A stretch of 64,000 nt of DNA from the human T2T-CHM13v2.0 reference genome, Homo sapiens. The DNA is taken from the NCBI RefSeq assembly GCF_009914755.1, contig NC_060938.1. One strand, written 5' to 3'. Below are positions 44,921 through 64,000 of this stretch, in pieces. The notes beneath the pieces were generated by a model. It did no database searches. It had not been told where the DNA came from and was given only the letters and a program-made list of their open reading frames with translations. A program made the position numbers and the translations under genes. Numbering within the stretch: position 1 is the stretch's first letter; every line of letters starts with the position of its first letter.

Positions 44921-45486
44921 TATAAGTTATCATTAATATTTATATAGCTATTGATAGCTACAATAGAGAGAAATCATAGGTTTATAAATAAGGTTTAGAG
45001 TTTTGAAGAATTAAATGAACTTTGATGTGTTTAATATGATTGCAGTGCAAAAATATGAGAAAGAACAGCATAATTAATGTGTATTCTTCTAACATAATAC
45101 AACAAATTAGTCTATTTTAAGAAATAATTAAATATACTATTGTAATATCTATTAGAGTACTAATATACTCAGGAAGCGTATCTTCTGCAGCAGTTTTCTA
45201 TATCTACTTTTGTCAATACCGACTATTTTAACACTTAATTACCAAACAGACATATTAGATCAATTCAGTACATTCTGTACATCACATCCTGATCTTTCAA
45301 ATTCACAAATGAGAAATTTTAGCAAATATTATTTTATGATGATGCTACCTTCCTGTAAATTACATTTCAATTTCTCTTTGGAAATAAGTTTCTTGAATCC
45401 TTTACTTCTTTTGACAAATCATCTGATTAAAAAATATTTAAATGTAAGTAGATATCCTTTACTTCAGGAAGTTTGGGCTCACTTGA

Positions 45487-45768
<282 letters not shown>

Positions 45769-48264
45769 TAGTTTCTCTGAGTTCTGAGCATAAAGCTTCC
45801 AAACACATCAATGAAAATGTTGCTAGTATATTATTTATCACCTATATACCATCTATATTTCAAGTCATAGAAATAGTCTGTGATGCAGAAATATCCACCC
45901 TACTTCTAGACTTCAGAACTGGACAAAGCAACATGCACAAGCTCATTAACAAAGATTAGTTCTACGTGTTCTAAGGCTCTTCTCATCAGTCCTCTCTGAG
46001 AGTTCTCATTTGTTCCTTGACTGCTCTTGGTCCAAGTTGTTTCTGAATCTCGATTCCGGACTTCCTTTGGCCCCTTAAACTTGTCATATGTACTTGTTCT
46101 ACCCGGCATTTGAATCAACTCCTGATAATGGACTTTGACTTGGCTTAATATTTTATCTCTCCCCACTCAAGGCTTCCTTAGATAGGATCCTGGCTTAGTT
46201 TTACCTGCTTAGAATTTAACCTGTTACTTTTAGGTCACTGCCCCAACTGAACTGCTCAGACTCTCTCCTGAGATAGCATACAGATAAGAGTTGAAGACAT
46301 AACCTTATACAGCCCTCACATTTCTCTTAGCATTTCTGTGGTGGTCTGTTAGCTCTCCTTTTACCAACTTTTCTACTTCTGCCAATACCTCTAAGATAGC
46401 CTCAAAGACAGACTGAACTCTGGACTACCCGCCAAGGGCAGAGACCAAGTCTATCTTGTCCACATTTCTATCAGTATATAGCATAGTACCCGGTACATAA
46501 TAGGTACTCCATAAATGTTTGTTTGTGGCTCTGTTTGCTATAGAGTTCAGGAAGCCTTTTCTGGGGGAGATTTTTTTAAAGCCCTGGACAAGGTTAGAAG
46601 GAAATCATGAGCCATGCTCCTTTCTACAAAGCAATTAGGGAATGTACATACAGATAAAAATAGTATACAACTAATTTATACAGATTCAAACATTCATCTG
46701 AGAAAAGCCTGCCAAAACTGGGGATGATTCTTCCTAAGATTTATCCAGAAGAAATCTAAATTAGGAAAATTGCCCTTCTATGGAGATCTTTCCAGTGACA
46801 GCAACTGAACTGCAAAAAAGACTGTCAAATCAGACTTAACAGTCATCACAGATCTTACCTGGTATCAAGCTTTATAAATAATTTCAATGACACACAGGGC
46901 CCAGGACATGCCTAGTGCCTTCTCAGGCCCTTCCTTCCCACATCACACACGCCATCGAGCTTAGAATAAAATGTGAGGTCTTCAAGTGAGATTCCATGAG
47001 GTGATCTTATATAGTAGGGGAGTGTTTCATTTATGAAACATCTCCATTTTAAACTTGAAATTATGTGACATTTTATAGGGATCCATGCCTTATAATTCTA
47101 TAGATTCTAGGTTTATTTATTACAGGCAGTCCTTAATCAAGAAGATCTGCTAAAAGAATATCATAAATGAGGACCTTCTTCCTAGCAAGTATCATTGCTT
47201 TATTTGACAGGATGTCCAGTTACCAGATTAGACCTGGTAATCTGCTTTTCCACAAGAGTGTCCCTGCCCCACCTCTCTACTCCTCTATCCCTCTTAAGCA
47301 AATGAATGGATAGAGATCAGCTGGTATAACAACCATACTTAGTCAAGCTTATTTATTTTCAAAATCTAATATAGCTAAATGACAACTTATATATCATGAG
47401 AGATTCTACATATCATTGAATGAAGAAGTGAGCATTATTGATTATTTAATGACCAGCTCTTCTTTGTTTTTATCCTTGAAATGGTATTTTCTATTGAATT
47501 TAGATTGATCATTTTGCCATTAAGCTTATTCTAACCATTAATATTATAGTACCTTAATGTGACCATACATTTAGCTGAGAAAAAAAATGAACTCAGAGGA
47601 ATAGGAAGGTTATGTTGGAAATTCTGTTGAATTCTACTGAAAACATATTGTCTTCAAACTTCTGAACTCTCACTTCAAATTTGATTTTTGAGAGAGATTC
47701 TATCTGTAGATTCATACCAACATGGGCAGGCTGATACCAGCATTAATTTCAACAAAGGGACAATCAGATTGCAAACTTTGGGTTGATAAAGATTGATAGA
47801 TGGGAGAAAGCCTAGAAAAATTAACAAAGGAACAATATTTCAAGTGAAGGTATATGCAGCCCCTCATTGACCTACTTTAACATCCTTCAGAAGCTATATC
47901 CTTGATAAAATATAATACATACCCTTGATTCTGGTGTGATGTTTTTTACTTAGCCATCATGTCCAATAATGTAGATTTAGCTAATTGTTGTCTATCGTCT
48001 TGCTTCTAAAGGAAGAATCACAGAAACACAATTGAAAGATTCATTATTTAATTCACCTTGATAGTCCTGTTTGATCCCTGTGTGTAAATGATTCCCCTAC
48101 CTGGCATCCAGCTACTCTGTCTACTTTTAAACATATAATTAATCACCTGAAGCTGAAAATAACCCCAAGAATAGTCTATTGCTATTTCCTGTCCTCAGCA
48201 AAGGCCCCAATCCAGGCACAATTATTATTATAACTGCTTTAGGTACTTATGCTGACATTGCAAC

Positions 48265-48457
48265 AACCATTGGTATCCTGGTTAATGCTTAACAGTTGGC
48301 TCTCCAAGAGGAAAAAAATCCCTAATTAGTAACATTTGCCAATTTCTGTGGTATAATTTCTTCTGTCATAGCCAATTTCAGGCTAACACACCATCTCACA
48401 AAATTCCTAAAAATTTACCAATTGACTTTTTGTGAGCCAGTAGCAGCACACTACTGT
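48265..48457. mobile_element. MER63-like DNA transposon fragment
   Basis: gtaacatttgccaatttctgtggt...gagccagtagcagcacactactg. Confidence 0.5.
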
Positions 48458-49621
48458 AAAAAAAAATGCTGCATATTAAAAATGGGAAGCCATCAGCCCT
48501 TTCCCCACAATTATGGACATATTAGTTTCCCTGATGTCTCTTTAAAAGTTTATGCCATCATTATCTTCTACAGATTTAATAGTCTATTTCCCATATTAAC
48601 ATTTTCTGTGAAAAACAGACATTTTGATTAGGAATATTTCACTAGTGACTACTGTTGTGTTCGGTTTAATTTGAGAAAATAATGTAAGACTTTTCGCATG
48701 TCCATGATTACTGATCAGGCTTTGGTTCCACAGATAGAAACTGCTTGTGGGTAAAAATGCACAATATCTCTATAGATTTACAGATTTTTCAAAGCCCTCA
48801 TTTATGATACTTCCAAAATTAAAATAGTAAAGATCAGTCATTTTAAAAATCAAATTCACTTCCACATGATCTAAAATAGGTCTAAATATTTTTACAGTTA
48901 CTAGAAGAATTTGCTATATGTCCACTTGTAATTCCACAAAGGAATACAGGCATGTCAATAACTTTGTTGTGTTATATGAACTAGCAACAACCTCAGGCTG
49001 AGCTTGTTGGCTAAAGTTTGTCAGAAATAGCATTTTAGAAATAATTTTGCAAAAACTAAAATGTATTTGCAAACTTTCACCAATGTTAAATGGAAGCTAA
49101 TAAATAATGCTATGCAATAGAGAAGGCAAATTATTTAACATGAGAAATAGTTTTTCAGCTATATATATTCCCAGCAAGTACATCAAGACGCAATCCACTC
49201 AATATTACACATTCCTTTATGGTTAAGGCTGTGTTTAATTATGTACCTTTAAAATTTTTAGATTTGATTCACCTTTTCCATACTTTCTGGTCAATGTGCT
49301 GGAGGAATTAACCAAATATAATATGAGTCCTAGAATAAATCATAATTCTGAGAAAAAAATTTGATCTTTTCTTGCAAGTGCTGCTATATAGCCAATTTTC
49401 CATGTTAGGCTGTTATCTTTGCCAGTCATGTATTTGAAATCTACAGTACACAGCTCTGCCTTTATTCAAGAATACAGAATACTGTCACTCAAGCTCACTT
49501 CAGAGAATTCAATCATGAGCTAGCTGCAAACTAACACTTACATATAATTACTTCAAATTAGTCTATATTTTAAGATGTTGAGTCTAACCAAATAATAACT
49601 TACTGATTAACTTTTGAATAG

Positions 49622-49690
49622 GATATCACAGAACTGGAAAAACTTGACGTTATCTCTACTCTCAGGGAGCTTACAGTGTATGGCAATCCA
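49622..49690 (+). CDS. LRRC9: LRRC9 exon M (DITELEKLDVISTLRELTVYGNP), 69 nt, phase 0/0
   Basis: aatag acceptor, CCA|gtgagt donor; LRR ending in GNP; the gene continues beyond the window. Confidence 0.88.
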
Positions 49691-49739
49691 GTGAGTATGT
49701 TACCATTCTAATTTATTAGTTAATTTACTGGTAGTTTTA

Positions 49740-51944
<2,205 letters not shown>

Positions 51945-51999
51945 TGTAAATTTTTAATGTATTGCTGTCATAGTACTTTCATGAATTGTTTTTCATTTA

Positions 52000-53554
52000 T
52001 TTTTAAAAATTTGTATTGATGTAAAACATACATATACAATTTACCATCTTTACATTTTTAAATGTCCAGTTTAGTGGAAATAAATATATTTATATTCTTT
52101 ATTATTCCTTTCATTCCCATCTCTCATCCCCGCTCCCCGTCCCAGACTCTGGTAACCACCAATCTAGTCTTTGTCTTCATGAGATCCACTTTTTTAGCTC
52201 CCACATATGAGTGAGGACATGTGATATTTGTCTTTCTGTGCCTGGCTTATTTTACTTAACATAATGGTTTCCAATTCCATCCATATTGCTGCAAATAACA
52301 GGATTTCATTCTTTTTATGGCTGAATAATGTTCCATTGTGTAGCTATACTATATTTTCTTTATCCATTCATCCGCTGATGGGCACTTAGGTTGATTCCAT
52401 ATTTTGGCTATTATGAATAATGCTGCAATAAACATAGGAGTGCAGGTATCTCTTTGATGTATTGATTTCCTTCCTTTTAGATACATACCCAGTAGTGGAA
52501 TGGCTGGATCACATGGAAGTTCTATTGTTAGTTTTTTAAGGAACCTCCATACTGTTTACCATAATGGTAATTTACATTCCCACCAACAGTGTACACAGGT
52601 TCCCCTTTCTCCACATCCTTACCAGCATCTGTTATTGCCTGTATTTTTGATATAAGCCATTTTAACTGGGGTAAAATGATACCACATTGTGGTTTGGTTT
52701 GCATTTCTCTGATTATTAGTGACTTTGAGCATTTTTTTTTTTTGTAAACCTGTTGGCCATTTGTATGTCTTCTTTTGATAAATGTCTTTTCAGATCTTTT
52801 AACAGTTTTAAAATTTGATTATTTATTTATTTTTTGCTGTTAAGTTGTTTGAGCTCTTATGTGTTCTGATTACTAATCCCTTGTCAGATGGATTGATTGC
52901 AAATATTTTCTCCCATTCTGTGGGTTGTAGCTTTACTTTGTTGATTATTTACTTTGCTGTACGGAAGCTTTTCAGCTTGATGTAATCCCATTTATCCATT
53001 TTTGCTTTGGTTGCCTGTGCTTTTGATGTCTTACACAATATTTGCCCAAATCAATGTCTTGGAGGATTTCACCAATGCTTTCTTCTAGTAGTTTCATAGT
53101 TTCAGGTCTTAGATTCAAGTCTTCAATCCATTTTTATTTTGTATATAGTGAGAGACAGAAGTCAATTTTCATTCTCATATACAGAGTTATCCACTTTTCC
53201 CAGAACTATTTATTAACAAGGCTGTCATTTTCTTATTGTAAGTTCTTGGTGCTTTTGTCAAAGATGAATTGACTGTAAATGCATGGATTTATATCTGGGT
53301 TATCTATTCTGTCACATTGGTCTATGTGTCTGTTTTTAATGCCAGCTCCATGGCGTTTTGGTTACTATAGCTTTGTAATAAAATTTGAAGTCACATTGTG
53401 TGATGTCTCCAGCTTTGTTCTTTTTGCTCAGGATTGCTTTGGCTATTCGGGAACATTTTAGGATTTGTTTTTTTATTTCTGTGAAGAATGTTTTAGGTAT
53501 ATTGATAGGGATTGCACTGAATATGTAAATTGCTCTGGGTAGTATTGTCATTTT
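52000..53554 (-). mobile_element. L1MA host element, 3' part (continues at 60512)
   Basis: antisense 3' UTR and ORF2 C-terminus; interrupted at gtattgtcatttt. Confidence 0.85.
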
Positions 53555-53558
53555 TTTT

Positions 53559-53907
53559 AACAACAGATATTTATTTCTCACAGTTCTGGAGGCTGAAAGT
53601 ACAAGATCAAAATGCCAACTGATTCAGTTCCTGGTGAGGACCATCTTCCTGGCTTGCAGATAGTTGTCTTACTGTATCCTAACATGGCTCTGGTGGGAAG
53701 GGTTGGATGTGAAGAGGGCACAAAAACTCCTGGTCTCTTCTATACTCCTCTATAAGGGTACTGGTCCCATCACAAGGACCCCATCCTGATGACCTCATCT
53801 AAACATAATCACCTCCCAAGACCCCAACTCCTAATAATACCATTACATTAGGGGTTAGGGCTTTAATATATGAATTTTGGGGGCACATCAGCATTCAGTC
53901 CATAGCA
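53559..53907 (-). mobile_element. MLT1A-type LTR, truncated just after its AATAAA (part of the L1 3' transduction)
   Basis: minus strand starts TGCTATGGACTGAATG and ends AGAAATAAATATCTGTTGTT followed by A8. Confidence 0.85.
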
Positions 53908-54387
53908 ACATTTAATCCTTAGCCTCAACTCAGGGTTCACCTATTGTTCTCATAATGTCTGCTATAGCAAAAGGATTCAGCCAGGATCATGCATTGCTAA
54001 GAGGCATTAGTGGTCATGTCCCTTTAGCTCTTCCAGTCTAGAAGATTCCTCCTCCAGACTGAGGAATCTTCCAGACCAGAGAAGCCAAAGGGCATGATGA
54101 TTCCTTCACATTGATGACTTTGACTCTTCTGAAGATTACGGACCAGTTAATTTGTAGAATGTCCTTCAAGTTGGGTTCATCTGGTGACATCTTATGAATA
54201 GACTCAGGTTGTGCATTTTGGGGAGGTATATTGCAAAGCTGGATGTTGCATTCTCCATGTATCTGTCACACAATTTTAATTTGTCCTATTCACTGTGATC
54301 ACTTGATTAAAGTGGTGTTTGCCAGATTTTTCTGTTGTAAAGTTACTCTTTGCCTCTTTTTTTTTTGCCTTCTGTGGCTTCATGTAC

Positions 54388-60509
<6,122 letters not shown>

Positions 60510-60511
60510 AT

Positions 60512-62870
60512 GTATTGTCATTTTAACAATATTAATTATTCCAATCCATGAGCATAGAATAAATTTCCTTTTTTCTGTGTGTCTTTTTCTATTTCTTTCA
60601 TCAGAGGTTTATAGTTTTCCTTGCATAGATCTTTCACTTCTTTGGTTAGATTGATTCCTAGGTATTTTATACTTTTTGTAGCTATTGTAACAGGATTGCC
60701 TTCTTGATTTCTTTTTCAAATTGTTTGCTGTTGACATATATAAATGCTATTGATTTTTGTATGTTGACTTTGTATTCTGCAACTTAACTGAATTCATTTA
60801 TTAGCTCTTAACAGTTTTTTGGGGAAACTTTGGGTTTTTCTAAGCATAGGATCACAGTGTCTGCAAACAAGGCTTATTTTGCTCCTACCTTTTCAATTTG
60901 GATGCCCTTTATTTCTTTCTCTTGTCTAATTGCTCCAGACATTACTTCCACTACTATATTGAAAAACAGCAGTAAAAGTGGGCATTCTTGTCTTGTTCCA
61001 GTCTTTAAAGCAAAGGCCTTCAATTTTTCCCTATTCATTATGCTGCTAGTCATAGGTTTGTCACAGTTGGCCTTTATTATCTTGAGGTATGTTCCTTCTA
61101 TACCCATTTTGATGAGTTTTCATTAAGGATACTGAATTTTATCAAATGCCTTTTTGGCATCTATTGAAATAATCATATGGTTTTTGTTCTTGATTCTGTT
61201 AATATTGTATAACATGTTTATTGATCTGCATATGTTGAGCCATCCTTGCATCCCTGAGATGAATCCCACCTGATAATGGTGAATGATCTTTTTAATGTGT
61301 TGTTACATTTAGTTTGTTAGTATTTTGTTGAAGATTTTTGCATCTATATTCATCAGTGAGCGTAGCCTGTAGTTTTCTTTTCCTTTTTTTTTTTTTTTTT
61401 TTTTTGCCTTGCTTTGTTTTGGTATCAGGGTAATAATGCTGGCCTTGTAGAATGAGTTTGGAAGTATTCCTTCCTCTTCAATTTTTTTAAAGGGTTTAAG
61501 TAGTTGGTATTAGTTCTTTTTTAATGTTTGGTAGAATTCAGCAGTGAATTCATCAGGTACTGGGCTTTTCTTTTATGGGACATGTTTTTTACAGCTTCTA
61601 TTTCATTACTTGTTATTGGGTTTGTTGAGGTTTTCTATTTCTTCATGATTCAATCTTTGTAGGTTGTATGCATTCGAGAAGACATTATCCATGTCTTCTA
61701 GGTTTTCCAATTTATTAGAGTATAGTTCATAATAGTCTCAATAATTCTTTGTATTTCTGAGGTCTCAGTTATTACATCTTCTTTTTCATTTTTGATTTCA
61801 TTTTTTAGGTCTTCTCTTTTTCTTTCTTAGCCCAGCTAAAGGTTTGTCAATTTTGTTTATATTTTGAAAAAGCAACTTTTTGTTTTGTTGATCTTCTGTT
61901 TTTTAGTCTGAATTTCATTTATTTCTGCTCTGATATTTATTATTTCTTTCCTTCTACTAATTTAGGGCTTGGCTTGTTTTTGCATTTCTTGTTGCTTAAG
62001 GCACATCATTAGGGTGTTTATTTTGAAGACTTTCAACTTTTTTGACATAGGCATTTATTGCAATAAACTTTCCTGTTGGTACTGCTTCTGCCATAATCCC
62101 ATAGATTTTGGTATGGTTTATTTCCATTTTCATTTGTTTCAATAAATTTTTTAATTCCCTTCTTCATTGACCCACTGGTCATTCAGGATCATGTTGTTTA
62201 ATTTCCATATGCTTGTGTATTTTCCAAGGTTCCTCTTGTTATTGATTTCTAGTTTTATTCCATTGTGATCCAAGAAGATACTTGATATTATTTGTTTTTC
62301 AGAATTTGTACAAACATGTTTTGTAGCCTAAGATATGGTCTATTATGGAAAATGTTCCATGTGCTGTTGAAAAGAATGTGTATTCTGAAGCAGTTGGGTG
62401 AAATGTTTATAAATGTCAGTTAGGCCTGTTAGATCTAGTGTATAGTTTAACTTTACTGTTTCTTTATTAACGTTCTGTCTGGATGATCTGTTCATGACTG
62501 CGAATGGGATATTAAAGTCCACTACTATTATTGTGTTGCAGTCTGTCTCTTTCTTTAGGTCTATTAATGTTTGTTTTATATATTTTGGAGCACTAGTGTT
62601 CAGTGCATAGATATTTATAATGGTTATATTGTCTTGCTGAATTGAAACCTTTGTCATTATATAATGCCTGTCCTTGTCTTTTTTTTTTTTTTTGAAGGTC
62701 TTTGATTTGTAGACTCTTTTATCTAATATAAGTATAGTTACTGCTGCTCTTTTATTTGAAGGGGCAGGGTGCTCTAGTTGCATGGAATATCTTTTTCCAC
62801 CCCTTTCAGTCCATGTGTATCTTTATAGGTGAAATGAGTTTCTTGAAGGCAGCATATAGTTGGGTCTTCT
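60512..62870 (-). mobile_element. L1MA host element, continuation (RT and EN regions)
   Basis: resumes at gtattgtcattttaacaatattaatt; ORF2-like peptides at 60874..61107 and 62343..62783. Confidence 0.85.
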
Positions 62871-64000
62871 TTCTTTCTTTTTTAAAAAAAAATTTCAACT
62901 TTTATTTTAAGTTCAGGAGTACATGTGCAGGATGTGCAGGTCTGTTACTTATGTAAACATATGCCATGGTAGTTTGCTGCACAGGTCACCCCATCACCTA
63001 GGTATTAAGCCAAGCATCTATTAGCTATTCTTCCTGATGGCCTCCCTCTCCGACTCCCACCCCTGACTGGCCCCAGGGTGGGTTGTTCCCACTATGTGTC
63101 CATCTGTTTTTATCATTCAGCTTCTACATATAAATGAAAACATGTGGTGTTTGGTTTTCTGTTCCTGTGTTAGTTTTCTCAGGATAATGGCTTCCGGCTC
63201 TATCCATGTCCCTGCAAAGGACATGATCTCATTCCTTTTTATGACTGAATAGTATTCCATGGTTTAAATGTACCACATTTTCTTTATCCAGTTTATCACT
63301 GATGGGCATGTGGGTTGAGTCCATGTCTTTGCTACTGTGAATAGTGCTGCAGTAAACAAACGCGTTCATGTATCTTTCTAATAGAATGATTTATATTCCT
63401 TGGGGTATACATCCAGTAATGGGATTGCTGGGTCAAATGGTATTTCTGGTTCTACGTCTTTGAAGAATTGCCACACTGTCTTCCACAATGTTGGAACAAA
63501 TTTACACACCCACCAAGAGTGTAAAAGCTTTTTTTTCTCTGCAATCTCACCAGCATGTCGTTTTTTGACTTTTTAGTAATTGCCATTCTAACTGGTGCAA
63601 GTTGGTATCTCAGCGTGATTTTGATTTGCATTTCTCTAATGATCAGTGATGTTGAGCTTTTTTTCATATGTTCATCAGCCTCATGTATGTCTGCTTTTGA
63701 GAAGTATCTGTTCATGTCCTTTGCCCACTTTTTAATAGGGTTGTTTGCTTTTTTCTTGTAAATTTGTTTAAGTTCCTTGTAGACTCTGAATATTAGACCT
63801 TGGTCAGATGGATAGATTGCAGAATTTTTCTCCCATTCTGTAGGTTGCCTGTGCACTCTGATGATAGTTTCTTTCGCCATGCAGAAGCTCCTTAGTTTAG
63901 TTAGATCCCATTTGCCAATTTTTGCTTTTGTTGCAATTGCTTTTGGCATATTTGTCACAAAATCATTGCCTGTGCCTATGTCCTGAATGGTATGGCCTAG
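62871..64000 (-). mobile_element. L1PA8-11-like 3' end nested in the L1MA, running off the window
   Basis: 3' UTR (atcacctaggtattaagcc...ttagctattcttcctgatg) and ORF2 C-terminal peptide 63452..63958. Confidence 0.85.

Overview
Human intron-rich genomic DNA. It holds 13 consecutive internal coding exons on the + strand (2405..49690) of a large SDS22-type leucine-rich-repeat gene that I recognise as LRRC9. All junctions are GT-AG and phase-compatible, and the exons splice to 1899 nt (633 codons) with no stop. The start and stop codons lie outside the window. Most of the rest is transposon-derived. The most interesting structures are: (1) a full-length antisense L1PA carrying an ~0.83 kb 3' transduction that ends at the poly(A) signal of an MLT1A LTR, bounded by a 13-bp TSD inside an older L1MA; (2) a sense L1PA4/5 with an ~2.4 kb microhomology deletion that removes the RT right after the endonuclease domain, leaving an open 298-aa EN-only ORF; (3) a near-pristine AluYb-lineage insertion; (4) a complete THE1 element; (5) several small foldback and tandem duplications. 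I found no evidence of a wholly new biological system. Repeat subfamily calls come from remembered consensus sequences and need RepeatMasker/Dfam confirmation.
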